A DNA stretch of 64,000 nucleotides from Parcubacteria group bacterium (GCA_013203625.1 JABMPX010000005.1:2305-66304); one strand, 5' to 3'; counted from the first letter of the stretch, positions 18,610 to 28,797 are shown. Notes: generated from the letters alone by a model not told the origin. Numbers and translations are program-made.

Positions 18610-19514
18610 TTTTTCTTTTTAAAATAGAAAACCATTATGCTAATAGTAAAAATCATGAAAATAAGGATAATTGCCCAAGAATAAGAGCCTTCTCGAATTA
18701 TTGGAAGACTGCCAAAGACATTCATACCAAAGAAGCCAACAATAACGCTCAAAGGGAAAGTAATAAAAGAAACAACAGTCAGAAATTTCATAATATCGCT
18801 TAGTTTGTAAGAGAGCAGAGAATTATTAGTTTGTTCAATAGAATTAATTAATTCTCTGTGATTTTCTAAAACATTCCAAGCGCGAATAGAAGAACCAATT
18901 ACTTCCTGGCTTAATGGCTGTAATTCATGCCCAAAAATCCGTTGAGATTTTTTACCTAAGATTTCCAAAATTGAACGTTGTGGTTTGAGAGCTCGGCGAA
19001 AATCAATTAGATCTTTTTTTGCCATGGCAATTTCTAAAAGCATTTCTTTTTCTTTTCCTTGGAAAACTTGGCCTTCAATTTTTTCAATTTTTTCGCTAAT
19101 ATGGTCAAGCATTGGAAGACAAGAATCAATTAGCCAGTCAAGCAGGCCAAAAAGCAAATGCCCATTGCTTTTAAAATGCTGAGCTTGATGATAATCCTGA
19201 AGCTCGCAGTCATCAAAGAATGTTTTTAAATTAGGAATTTCTTCAGCGTGGCTTGTAATAAGAGTATCTGAAGAAATGATTAAATCTAATTCTGCCAATT
19301 TAGTTTGATTGGTTTCAGTATCAAAAACAGGAAAATGAAGGATAATAAAAAGCTGGCCTGGGTATTCTTCTATTTTAGGACGATGCACTGGCGGTAGAAA
19401 TTGCTGGACAATAAAAGGATGAAGATTAAACTTTTCCTTAAGTTCATCAAGATCTTTTTGTTTTGGTTTTTGAATGTCAATCCAGATGACATTATTGGCA
19501 GTTATTGTTTTCAT
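18600..19514 (-). CDS. corA: CorA family Mg2+ transporter
   Basis: FGMN signature and two C-terminal TM helices. Confidence 0.92.
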   Translation of the reverse strand: MKTITANNVIWIDIQKPKQKDLDELKEKFNLHPFIVQQFLPPVHRPKIEEYPGQLFIILHFPVFDTETNQTKLAELDLIISSDTLITSHAEEIPNLKTFFDDCELQDYHQAQHFKSNGHLLFGLLDWLIDSCLPMLDHISEKIEKIEGQVFQGKEKEMLLEIAMAKKDLIDFRRALKPQRSILEILGKKSQRIFGHELQPLSQEVIGSSIRAWNVLENHRELINSIEQTNNSLLSYKLSDIMKFLTVVSFITFPLSVIVGFFGMNVFGSLPIIREGSYSWAIILIFMIFTISIMVFYFKKKKWL

Positions 19515-19609
19515 ATTTTTTCTCCTTATTTTTATTCTATCATATTGTTCTTCTATTTGACAACTTTTCCAAAAGTGATAAACTATGAATAAGTTGTTAA
19601 TAATAAATA

Positions 19610-20089
19610 ATGCTTAAAAAGAAAAAGATTTCTTATATCTCTGAAGAATCTGATACTCAAACTCATAAACTAAAGAAGAGACTAAAAGAGTGCCAAAAGC
19701 AAAAGGAGGAATATTTAACCCAAGCTCAACAAGCTCGGGCTGATTTAATTAATTTTCGGCGCAGACAAGAACAATTTTTAGAAGAATTAAAAAAATATGG
19801 CCAAGCTGATTTTATTAAAGAATTATTGCAAGTTTTGGACAGTTTAGAAATTGGTTCAAAAAATAATGAAGATTTAAAACAAATCCAAGAACAATTAGAA
19901 GACATTTTAAGAAAATATAATTTAAAGGAAATCAAAACAAAAGGAGAAAAATTTAATCCAGAATTTCATGAAGCAGTAGAACAAGTCAAATCAAAAGAAG
20001 AAAGCGGAATAATTATACAAGAAATTCAAAAAGGATATATAATAGAGGATAAAGTTTTAAGAGCAAGTAAAGTAAAAGTAGCTAAATAA
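19610..20089 (+). CDS. grpE: Nucleotide exchange factor GrpE
   Basis: ADLINFRRR, FNPEFHEAV, QKGY..VLRASKVKV. Confidence 0.95.
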   Translation: MLKKKKISYISEESDTQTHKLKKRLKECQKQKEEYLTQAQQARADLINFRRRQEQFLEELKKYGQADFIKELLQVLDSLEIGSKNNEDLKQIQEQLEDILRKYNLKEIKTKGEKFNPEFHEAVEQVKSKEESGIIIQEIQKGYIIEDKVLRASKVKVAK

Positions 20090-20104
20090 GAAAGGAGACA
20101 TATT

Positions 20105-20557
20105 ATGCCTATTAAATGGCGATCATTTAAAGAATTAGAAAAGGGACCTAATTCCCCTCATTTACCAAATATGACAGAAGGAGGAGAAGAGGGATGGATG
20201 CCTTTTGTGCCGACTTTTCAGCAGGAGGAACCAATGGTAGATATTTATCAGGACAAGGGCAATCTCTATATAGACATATCTTTGAGCGGCATTAAGCCAG
20301 AAGATGTGGAGATTTCTATTGATGATAATATTTTAACTATTCAGGGCAAAAGCGAGGATAAAAAAGAGATTAAGGAAGAAAATTATTTGCGCAAGGAAAT
20401 AAGAAAAGGGTCTTTTCGCAGAGTAATTAAGTTGCCAGTAGACATAAAAGATAATCAAGCAAAAGCAGAAAGTAAAAATGGCATGCTTAAAATTACTATT
20501 CCAAAAGTATCCAAGACAATTTCTAAAGCAAAAAAGGTCCCGATTCAGATTAAGTAA
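20105..20557 (+). CDS. Hsp20/alpha-crystallin small heat-shock protein
   Basis: VDIYQ, GSFRRVIKLP, NGMLKITIPK. Confidence 0.93.
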   Translation: MPIKWRSFKELEKGPNSPHLPNMTEGGEEGWMPFVPTFQQEEPMVDIYQDKGNLYIDISLSGIKPEDVEISIDDNILTIQGKSEDKKEIKEENYLRKEIRKGSFRRVIKLPVDIKDNQAKAESKNGMLKITIPKVSKTISKAKKVPIQIK

Positions 20558-20577
20558 ACTAACTTAAAATCAACATT

Positions 20578-22443
20578 ATGACTAAAATTATTGGCATAGA
20601 TTTAGGAACATCTAATTCAGCAGCTTCAGTAGTTGAAGCTGGCAAACCAACTCTAATTCCTTCAGCTGAAGGAACAGTAGTTGGCGGTGGCAAGGCATTC
20701 CCATCTTATGTAGCTTTTGATAAAGATAATAATCTTTTAGTTGGCGAGTCAGCCCGGCGCCAAGCAATTACTAATCCTAAAAATACGATTACTGCTTTTA
20801 AGCGGAAAATGGGGACTAAGGAAAAATATTCTATAAATAATAAAGATTATACGCCGCAGCAGTTATCCTCTTTTATTTTGCAAAAAATTAAGAAAGACGC
20901 TGAATCATTTTTAGGCGAACCGATACAAAAAGCGGTTATTACAGTGCCAGCTTATTTCAATGACTCTCAAAGGCAGGCGACTAAAGATGCCGGAGCAATT
21001 GCTGGTTTGGAAGTGGAAAGAATTATTAATGAGCCAACAGCAGCTTCTTTAGCTTATGGGATTGACAAGGTGGACAAAGAAGAAAAGATTTTTGTTTTTG
21101 ATTTTGGCGGCGGCACATTAGATGTGACTATTATGGATTTTGGCGATGGAGTTTTTGAAGTTAAATCCACTTCTGGCGATACTGAATTAGGCGGTACTGA
21201 TATGGATGAAATTTTAGTAGATTATATTACAGAAGAATTTAAAAAAGATAATAGCATTGATTTAAAGCAAGACGAAACTGCTGTTCAAAGAGTTAAAGAA
21301 GCAGCGGAAAAAGCAAAAATTGAGCTTTCTTCTACTTTAGAAACAGATCTTAATTTGCCTTTTCTTAGCGCTGATTCAGCTGGGCCAAAGCATCTAACAA
21401 TGAAAATCACCAGAGCTAAATTGGAGGAATTAATAAAGCCAATTATTGAAAAATGCCGCGGGCCAATAGAACAAGCATTAAAAGACTCTAAATTAACGCC
21501 AAATGACATAACTAAAATTATTTTAGTAGGCGGTCCAACCAGAATGCCTATTGTTCAGAGATTTGTTGAGGATTATGTAGGCAAGAAAATTGAAAGGGGA
21601 GTTGACCCAATGGAATGCGTAGCCATGGGAGCGGCTATTCAGGGAGGAATTTTAACTGGCGAGACCAAAGAAGTGCTTTTGCTTGATGTTACTCCATTAA
21701 CTTTAGGGATAGAAACATTAGGCAATGTAATGACACCATTAATTGAAAGAAATACAACAGTACCAGCTTCAAAATCCCAGATTTTTTCAACAGCAGCTGA
21801 TAATCAGCCAGCAGTAGATATTCACGTTCTACAAGGGGAAAGGCCAATGGCTGGCGATAACAGAACATTAGGCAAGTTTATGTTAGACGGTATTCCGCCA
21901 GCTCCGCGGGGAGTTCCTCAAATTGAGGTTACTTTTGATATTGACGCTAATGGCATTTTAGATGTAAAAGCCAAAGATAAAGCTACCAATAAGGAACAGC
22001 ATATTACTATTACTGATTCCTCGGCTCTTTCTAAAGAAGAAATTGAGAAAATGAAACAAGAAGCTGAAATTCATGCAACTGAAGATCGTCAGAAAAAAGA
22101 ATTAATTGAAATTCGCAATCAGGCAGATACTTTAATTTTCTCTACAGAAAAAGCATTAAAAGATGCTGGAGACAAAGTAAAACCAGATGATAAAAAACAG
22201 GTTGAGGAAAAATTAGAAGAATTGAAAAAAATAAAAGATTCTAGTGAAATAGAACCTTTGAAAAAAGCAATTGATGAATTGTCTCAAGAAATTCAGAAAA
22301 TAGGAGCTCAATTATATCAAAAAGTTGAAGAAGAAAAAGCAGAACAATCAGAGCCAGAGATAAAAGGGAAAGAATCTAAAGACAAGACAGTTGAAGGGGA
22401 GTATGAGGAAGTAAAGGAAGAGAAGAAAGAAGAGAAGAAATAA
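20578..22443 (+). CDS. dnaK: Chaperone DnaK
   Basis: [39 protein letters not shown]. Confidence 0.98.
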   Translation: MTKIIGIDLGTSNSAASVVEAGKPTLIPSAEGTVVGGGKAFPSYVAFDKDNNLLVGESARRQAITNPKNTITAFKRKMGTKEKYSINNKDYTPQQLSSFILQKIKKDAESFLGEPIQKAVITVPAYFNDSQRQATKDAGAIAGLEVERIINEPTAASLAYGIDKVDKEEKIFVFDFGGGTLDVTIMDFGDGVFEVKSTSGDTELGGTDMDEILVDYITEEFKKDNSIDLKQDETAVQRVKEAAEKAKIELSSTLETDLNLPFLSADSAGPKHLTMKITRAKLEELIKPIIEKCRGPIEQALKDSKLTPNDITKIILVGGPTRMPIVQRFVEDYVGKKIERGVDPMECVAMGAAIQGGILTGETKEVLLLDVTPLTLGIETLGNVMTPLIERNTTVPASKSQIFSTAADNQPAVDIHVLQGERPMAGDNRTLGKFMLDGIPPAPRGVPQIEVTFDIDANGILDVKAKDKATNKEQHITITDSSALSKEEIEKMKQEAEIHATEDRQKKELIEIRNQADTLIFSTEKALKDAGDKVKPDDKKQVEEKLEELKKIKDSSEIEPLKKAIDELSQEIQKIGAQLYQKVEEEKAEQSEPEIKGKESKDKTVEGEYEEVKEEKKEEKK

Positions 22444-22456
22444 AATCTTTATTTTC

Positions 22457-22518
22457 AGAGGCCGTGCTTGAAAACACACAATCTTTGCAAAGGTTGTATG
22501 TTTTCAAGCACGGCCTCT
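22457..22518. repeat. 62-bp near-perfect palindrome (REP/MITE-like or terminator)
   Basis: AGAGGCCGTGCTTGAAAACA...TGTTTTCAAGCACGGCCTCT; the left end recurs at 36646-36660. Confidence 0.8.
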
Positions 22519-22583
22519 TGCGTCTTGACAAATTGTATAAATTACTGTTAAGATGTAGTTGCCTGAGATAAGGCAATTTTTTT

Positions 22584-23285
22584 ATGACTTTTAAACAAAT
22601 AAATAAAATAATTTATCAAAAAAAATGGCTCGTATTCTGGATAACTGTCCTAGGAGCTGTTTTAGCTTTTGACTTAATGGTTATTCAAACTCCAGAGTAT
22701 AAAGCCAGTTCAAAAGTATTAGTTATTCAGAAACAAATAGCTGGGCAGGATATTTACAGTATTTCCAAATCAGCCCAATATCTTTCCAATGTTTTAAAAG
22801 AAGGAATTTATTCTGATAGTTTTTTTGAAAAAGTTGTTCAATCATCTGAACAAATAAAGGAAAGTGATTTCCCTTCTCAATTAAAAGAAAGACGCAAGCA
22901 ATGGGAAGAGGATGTTAAAGTGAATATTATTCGTGATTTAGGAGTTATAGAAATTAGTGTTGTTCATCCAGAAAAAGAAAAAGCCGAACAAATTAATTGG
23001 ACAGTGACTAATGTTTTAGGAGAAAATCATAGATTTTATCATGGCAGCGGACAGAATGTAGAATTGAAAATCTTAAACAAACCATTAGTTGGCGAGAAAC
23101 CAATTAGTACTAATTTATGGCTTGGAACAATTTTAGGCGCTTTAATTGGATTTTGCGCTGGTGTTGGATTAGCTATAAAAAGAACGTTAAAATCTATTAA
23201 ATTGCCCTATGATCCTAAAAATGACCAAGGTTTATTATTAGCTGATAAATCCTCCTCTTTGGATAGAAATGATTTTTCTATCTAA
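22584..23285 (+). CDS. Wzz/CpsC-like polysaccharide chain-length determinant
   Basis: Two TM helices flanking an extracytoplasmic domain; TPEYKASSKVLV motif. Confidence 0.8.
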   Translation: MTFKQINKIIYQKKWLVFWITVLGAVLAFDLMVIQTPEYKASSKVLVIQKQIAGQDIYSISKSAQYLSNVLKEGIYSDSFFEKVVQSSEQIKESDFPSQLKERRKQWEEDVKVNIIRDLGVIEISVVHPEKEKAEQINWTVTNVLGENHRFYHGSGQNVELKILNKPLVGEKPISTNLWLGTILGALIGFCAGVGLAIKRTLKSIKLPYDPKNDQGLLLADKSSSLDRNDFSI

Positions 23286-23417
23286 AAAGGAGGTTTTTAA
23301 GGAGAAGTTCCTTGAAAACTTAATATAAAGAATGTAAATTAGACGATAAACAGGTGAGGAAAGCCGAAGTAATAGGACAGAAGCTGACTAACCCTAAAAA
23401 AATGGGAGGTAAAGAGA

Positions 23418-24134
23418 ATGAAAAAGATAATTGTGGTAGCAATGGTGGCATTGGTATTGGGATTTAGTTTATCAACTTTTGCGGCTGAACCTAATTGGAA
23501 GCATCATATTGTTAAAAAAGGCGATACCCTTTCGGGTTTTGCTTATTCTTGTAGGGTTTCTATTGCGAAAATGATTGAATGGAACCCTAAAACAGGAATA
23601 AATCTTATTTATCCGGGCCAAAAACTTAGGTATTTGGTACCACCGGATATAATAGATGTTATTGGCCGAATCAATGAGGTGATTGGGACAATGGATACTA
23701 TTGTGCCTATAATTCAGCAAAGCGATAGTGAAATCAAGAAAATTATCAGGGAAAATCATGACGGTCTTACCCGGCAAATTGGCCAGGTTCAAGCCAAGCA
23801 GAAACAGAATACTGATATTACTGATATCAAAGATACAAGGATTATGGATCTTGCAATTCTTGCGATCTCTTTGTTTGTTGTAGTTTGTATTGTGTGGTTT
23901 CTTATTTTCCGGTTTAGAAAAGAAGGAAATAATGTAAAAATTTGCCCTGATGATCTTGATAAGATTTATAAGATTACCAATGGTGAAATTTCTGGCCCAG
24001 AAAATTATAAGTGTTGTTTTTGCAACAAGATGATCCAGAAACACAATCTTGCTCGTCATGTAACAAAGAGATGTAAAAAGTCACCGTATTACGAACAAAA
24101 AATCAATAAGGAGGAGGTATCAACAAATGAGTAG
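23418..24134 (+). CDS. Signal peptide-LysM-coiled coil-TM protein with a C-terminal C2HC zinc finger
   Basis: HIVKKGDTLS..IYPGQKL (LysM); TM LAILAISLFVVVCIVWFLI; C-x2-C-x11-H-x4-C; SD GGAGGT. Confidence 0.75.
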   Translation: MKKIIVVAMVALVLGFSLSTFAAEPNWKHHIVKKGDTLSGFAYSCRVSIAKMIEWNPKTGINLIYPGQKLRYLVPPDIIDVIGRINEVIGTMDTIVPIIQQSDSEIKKIIRENHDGLTRQIGQVQAKQKQNTDITDIKDTRIMDLAILAISLFVVVCIVWFLIFRFRKEGNNVKICPDDLDKIYKITNGEISGPENYKCCFCNKMIQKHNLARHVTKRCKKSPYYEQKINKEEVSTNE

Positions 24135-24987
24135 ACTAACAAAGACCGGTTTATTGCTGATAATGGTGGTTTTGTTGTTGACGCTTTTTAGTGCTTGCGC
24201 CAGACGGAATCTTATTATGTCTGAGAAACACATTAATAAAATTCCTGAAGTTGGCCAGGGCTATAGCGTACTTTGGTGTAATTTTCATCCAATTCTTTTG
24301 ATGTCAGAAGGAATTGGCATTAATCATGCTCTTCATTTTTTTGGAAAGGATGAACCGTACATTGCAGTGAAGGTGCGTGAGAATAAACAAAATTTTCAGA
24401 TGATGGTAATCGTGACCGAGGAAGTCAATTTTGCCGAAGATAGAGCGATGATTCCTTCCCGAAGTGGTGAACGTTTTTATTCTGTTGATGGGAAAGATGT
24501 TTTCAGTGAAAATGGCTATTTAGTCCCTAAGTTTGCGTGGACAAAGATAAAGCCATTAGCTGATACTGGGATTGAGATTTGGCAAAATGTTTTACCTGGT
24601 TCTGAAAGAGATCAAAAAGTAAAAAAGATTTTAGCAGGAATAGGCAAGGGCCTTGATCAAGAAATCCCTGGATTATTTGATCGAGTGATGTCTCAAGTTG
24701 CGAAGATTACAACTGAAGATATTGTATTAGCAGGAGCAACAGATTTTACCAGTTTGTTTGGTCTTTTTGGTATCCGGATTTGGGCAGTTGTTAATGCAAT
24801 TGTCCAGAAGGCCGATTTGTCTTTGCCATTTTACGATACGGCAGTAGTTAATAGATTTCAGTTGGCTACTGCTCTTGAGCCATTTAACTCTTTAACCAAA
24901 GAGCAAGAAAGGGCTATTAATAAATGGTTAAAAGCTCTTGAAGGGTGGCAGAAGAGAGTAGATGCTTATGATGCGCAAATTCAATAA
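24127..24987 (+). CDS. Hypothetical lipoprotein
   Basis: Lipobox-like LFSA-C; SD AGGAGGT; overlaps the upstream stop. Confidence 0.65.
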   Translation: MSRLTKTGLLLIMVVLLLTLFSACARRNLIMSEKHINKIPEVGQGYSVLWCNFHPILLMSEGIGINHALHFFGKDEPYIAVKVRENKQNFQMMVIVTEEVNFAEDRAMIPSRSGERFYSVDGKDVFSENGYLVPKFAWTKIKPLADTGIEIWQNVLPGSERDQKVKKILAGIGKGLDQEIPGLFDRVMSQVAKITTEDIVLAGATDFTSLFGLFGIRIWAVVNAIVQKADLSLPFYDTAVVNRFQLATALEPFNSLTKEQERAINKWLKALEGWQKRVDAYDAQIQ

Positions 24988-25197
24988 CTAACCAAAAATT
25001 ACCGTAGAAATAAGTAAACTTTATTAAAGTCAAAACCGACTTTAGAGATAACGCTGAAGCCCTTAAAAACTTAAAGCTTTTAAGGGCCGACGCTGAATCC
25101 AGACGAGGTAAGACAGAAATAGAGTTTCAATTTTTTATTTCAAGGTAGTTTATGGCATGTAACTCCAAAAAATTTATAGAAAGGAGGCAAGAAAGAT

Positions 25198-26829
25198 ATG
25201 AGAATGAAAAGGTTGTTGTTCATGCTGTTAATGATGTTTTTTGCCAGTGTAAACCTTGCCTCTACTAGTCAAGCAGGCAAGATTTATACAGTAGTGGAAC
25301 CCAAAATAACCATAAAGAAGTATAAAGTAGTTGACAAAGATACATTGTCGCAAATATGTTCTCGTTTTTACGGGAATGGCAGGTCGTCTGCTTATAATGC
25401 TTTAGCGGCTTGGGGAAATCAAGTAACACATGAAAAACTTTGGGTTTTTGTAGGACAGATTTTAGAGATTCCCTTTCCTCTGATTTTAAACCAGAACGAA
25501 GCTGGTATTAATCCGACAATTCTGCCAATTGAAGAAACAACCAAATTGACAATTAAACAATTAAAACAAAGTTTAACCCAAACTGATATCCAGGCAACTA
25601 TTCCTAATAATCTTTCAAAATCAATTATTTCTGGCTTAAAAACTTCTCAGAAATTTCATAATTTAAACAATGAAATTGTAGCAGCTGTTAGCTTTGGCAA
25701 AAAAGCGCAGGGCTGGACCATGATTAACGTTAAAAAAGAGTTAATTGGGAAATCCACATCTTCAACTATTAATAAAAATTTTGAGATTAGAGCCACTTTG
25801 CCCGATTGCAATAACCTATATTTACAGTTAATTCGGGTTTCTGAGAAAAAGCTTAATGCCAAAAGGATGCTATTACGACTTCCACCCCCACCTCCATTTC
25901 CGCCAATTTTAAAAGCCGAAATTCAAAAGGTCTTACTTGCTGAATATGCAAAAATTATAGCTAAATATGGTTGGGATTGGGATTCCACAGGGGGTTATTT
26001 CAAAGAGCGTTATACGGACGGAAACAATGTCAAAGGTTGGTGGCAGTCAAGCGTTCTTTATCCTTTTGTCTCCAATGACATTGAGGGCAATGAATGGTCA
26101 TTTGGTCTGGCTTATACTATTAGAGATTGGTCTGGGGAAACCGGTGAAGTAAACCCGTTCTATTATAATGGCATAGTGAATATTGAGTCATTGGCTGGAC
26201 GCTTTCGGGATAGCGACCGAAATTGGGAAATTCTTGGCCGAGTTGGACTTGGTCAACGCGAAGATAGTGGCTATTTAACTAATGAGTGGGGTCGTTTTGA
26301 CACGGAGCAAGAAACAAACATTTTTAATGCTTATTCTTCTGCTGAATACAGCGAAAATAAGACGTGGTTTTCCAAAATACGTGTTTCTGGCGAAGTAGAA
26401 ATAGGGCTCAATGAAGAGAAAGAAAGCTATTGGACTGACCAATGGGATGGTCGACAAAAGTTGGATAATCAACCTGATGATAAAGATAGATATGAATTTG
26501 CTCTATACTCTGATGTTTTTACTTTTGACGAAGACAAGAATATTCAGATTTGGAGCGAATTTCGAAGCACTTACTATAATGAAGAATATAAATGGGGGAA
26601 CGGAATAAAAGGTGGTTTATCATTCTTAAATGGTTCTTTGAAAGTAGGTCTTGGCTATACAGCATGGAACCAGAGCAATGCAGATTCTACTGGTTTTTAT
26701 GGAGAGGTGAATCTGTATAATCTTTACCATTGTGCTTTCGGCTATCCAAAAAGATATTCTGATGAAGATATTTTTGTTCCAATTAACCAGAAGGAAAAAG
26801 AGGAAGAGATTTTAGAAATGTTAATGTAA
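25198..26829 (+). CDS. Secreted LysM protein with Pro-rich linker and putative C-terminal beta-barrel
   Basis: Signal peptide; YKVVDKDTLSQI..VFVGQILEIP (LysM); PPPPPFPP; W/Y/F/G-rich amphipathic strands; SD AAGGAGG. Confidence 0.65.
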   Translation: MRMKRLLFMLLMMFFASVNLASTSQAGKIYTVVEPKITIKKYKVVDKDTLSQICSRFYGNGRSSAYNALAAWGNQVTHEKLWVFVGQILEIPFPLILNQNEAGINPTILPIEETTKLTIKQLKQSLTQTDIQATIPNNLSKSIISGLKTSQKFHNLNNEIVAAVSFGKKAQGWTMINVKKELIGKSTSSTINKNFEIRATLPDCNNLYLQLIRVSEKKLNAKRMLLRLPPPPPFPPILKAEIQKVLLAEYAKIIAKYGWDWDSTGGYFKERYTDGNNVKGWWQSSVLYPFVSNDIEGNEWSFGLAYTIRDWSGETGEVNPFYYNGIVNIESLAGRFRDSDRNWEILGRVGLGQREDSGYLTNEWGRFDTEQETNIFNAYSSAEYSENKTWFSKIRVSGEVEIGLNEEKESYWTDQWDGRQKLDNQPDDKDRYEFALYSDVFTFDEDKNIQIWSEFRSTYYNEEYKWGNGIKGGLSFLNGSLKVGLGYTAWNQSNADSTGFYGEVNLYNLYHCAFGYPKRYSDEDIFVPINQKEKEEEILEMLM

Positions 26830-26851
26830 TACCAAAACAGGAGGCATCAAA

Positions 26852-27514
26852 ATGAAAAGGTTATTTAAATTAATTGCAATGATTGCAACCGCATTTTTTT
26901 TGATTAGTGGATGCGCAGCTATTCAAAAAAAGGGTACAACAAAAAACTGGGAAAAGGAAGTAAAGGAGATAATGAACACTGGTGTAACCGAGGCAGATCC
27001 TAATGTTTTGGCCAAAGATAGTAAATCTGTGATCACGGTTGAGGACATAGGTGACAGGGTTTATTATACGATTACTAATCCGTGGTTAACCCCCAAAGGG
27101 GATACCAAAGGCAAGAATTTAAAGCGGGCCGTTAAACTGAAAATCGCCTCGGGGATTCTGGATGCAAAAGGGAAAAACCCATATTTTACCATGGTAGAAG
27201 TCAAAGATAACAAGGCCGAATTTAGTCTTCCGAATTTTGCCCGGGCCAAGGGTGTAAAAGTTCCTGTGGTTGAACATGGCTGGGGATATGGCCAAGCAGC
27301 TGACGGAACTGTTGGTTATTTGGTTCTTGACCCCAATAGCCCATGGGTTGTATATAAGACAAAAGCTTTTGGAGGGCATCTGACAGAGTCAAGGGACAGA
27401 GCTGATCTGGAAACATTGGCCATAGGGTCAGTTATGTATCCAGGTAAACCAACCGCGCCATTAAAGGCGATTGGAAAAGGCAAGTTGAAACAGGGTATGC
27501 ACCCTGAATTATAA
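26852..27514 (+). CDS. Hypothetical lipoprotein
   Basis: Lipobox LISG-C; SD AGGAGG. Confidence 0.65.
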   Translation: MKRLFKLIAMIATAFFLISGCAAIQKKGTTKNWEKEVKEIMNTGVTEADPNVLAKDSKSVITVEDIGDRVYYTITNPWLTPKGDTKGKNLKRAVKLKIASGILDAKGKNPYFTMVEVKDNKAEFSLPNFARAKGVKVPVVEHGWGYGQAADGTVGYLVLDPNSPWVVYKTKAFGGHLTESRDRADLETLAIGSVMYPGKPTAPLKAIGKGKLKQGMHPEL

Positions 27515-27541
27515 AAAAAGCCGGAAAAACCGGCAAGCAAT

Positions 27542-27578
27542 AACCCCATACGTTAAGGAGGAAACGAATGGGGTTTTT
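27542..27578 (+). terminator. Terminator between the island and the convergent wzy-like gene
   Basis: AACCCCAT..CGTT / AACG..ATGGGGTT followed by T-run. Confidence 0.6.
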
Positions 27579-28797
27579 AATTTTTAATCTTTATCCAACC
27601 GGCCAATAAAATCCAGAAGTTCCATTGAAGCGCGGTAGTTCGCAAAATATTATCAAAAAAACTAGCTATGAATAAACTTAGGCAAATTACTAAAATGCCC
27701 AGACCCAAAACCTTTTCTTGATTAATACTTTTTCTAAAGATTTTGAAAAGTTTTAATAACAAAGCAACAATTAACCAAAAATAAGCTATTAATCCTAAAA
27801 TACCGTTTTCCACAAATATTTTTAAATAATCATTATGAGCATCTAAACTGCCCCAGTTAAACCCGCGGTAAAATTCAGCTAAATTAGTAAAAGTGTCTAG
27901 CCCATAACCAAACCAGGGCTGCCACAAAGATACAGGCAGAATGTCTTGCCAAAGCCGGAACCGCCAGACCATTGACCCATAAGGATCTAAAGTAATTAAT
28001 TCCCATAATCGCTGTTGAAAAATATCAGAAAAGAAATAAATAATTAAAAAGAAAAATAGACCGGCTAAAAGTAATTTTCTGTATTTTAAAATGCCGAAAA
28101 ACAGAATAAAAATAAAAAGACAGGCCAAAGCGCTACGGCTGTAAGTGGCAAAGAGTAAAAGAACTAAAAAAGCAGCAGCTATCCAAATATGAAAATTAAA
28201 ATTTTTCCATGAGACAATATCATCCTTTTTTGTTTCTGACAAAGACAGTAATAAAGAAAGAACTATGCCTAAAATAAAAAAAGTGTAAAAAGCAAAAAGA
28301 CTGGGACATGAAAAAGTGCCGTAAATTCTGTTAAATCCGCCAAAATCATCAGGTAAGCCAAAACCGCCAATTAACTGAACAAAAGCAAAGATGCCAGGTA
28401 AAATATAGCTAATTAGAATAATTTTTAATAAAAGGAGCCAATCTTTTCTGTTTTCTATAAGCTTGTAGGCCAAGAAATAAAGGAAGAAGATGCTGGTTAG
28501 TCGGATGAATTCTCTAATACTACCCAAAGCGTCTATTGAATAAAAAATGCTAATTAATGATAACCCCAAAAAGCAAAGGATAGGATAAAAAAGCGGAATT
28601 GATTTAATTGATTTGAAATTTTTAAAAATAAAAATCAGACAAACTAAAAAGACCAGTCCGCCAATAATAATATTAAGATTTAAATAAGGCAAACTAGAAT
28701 GAATCCTGAATTCTTTTTGGCTAAGGAGATCTAAAGAAGGTCTTAGCAAGACCAAAGCAAGAATAAAATAAAAGAAGTTTTTCTTATCTTTTGCCAT
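27577..28797 (-). CDS. O-antigen ligase/polymerase (Wzy_C) family membrane protein
   Basis: RIYGTF, TYSRSA, PWFGYG, AHNDYL..ENGILG; many TM helices. Confidence 0.9.
   Translation of the reverse strand: MAKDKKNFFYFILALVLLRPSLDLLSQKEFRIHSSLPYLNLNIIIGGLVFLVCLIFIFKNFKSIKSIPLFYPILCFLGLSLISIFYSIDALGSIREFIRLTSIFFLYFLAYKLIENRKDWLLLLKIILISYILPGIFAFVQLIGGFGLPDDFGGFNRIYGTFSCPSLFAFYTFFILGIVLSLLLSLSETKKDDIVSWKNFNFHIWIAAAFLVLLLFATYSRSALACLFIFILFFGILKYRKLLLAGLFFFLIIYFFSDIFQQRLWELITLDPYGSMVWRFRLWQDILPVSLWQPWFGYGLDTFTNLAEFYRGFNWGSLDAHNDYLKIFVENGILGLIAYFWLIVALLLKLFKIFRKSINQEKVLGLGILVICLSLFIASFFDNILRTTALQWNFWILLAGWIKIKN

Noticed and set aside
19515-19609. CIRCE operator upstream of grpE-dnaK
   Set aside because: No TTAGCACTC-N9-GAGTGCTAA. 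There is only a sigma70-like promoter and a weak ACAACTT/AAGTTGT inverted repeat.
23472-24059. 195-aa antisense ORF, plus other antisense ORFs such as 3333-3890 and 12232-12708
   Set aside because: Shadow frames of well-supported genes, with no motifs or start signals.
25051-25110. c-di-AMP (ydaO) riboswitch call
   Set aside because: Only the GCTGAATCC fragment matches and the downstream conserved blocks are missing; kept only as an unassigned structured leader.
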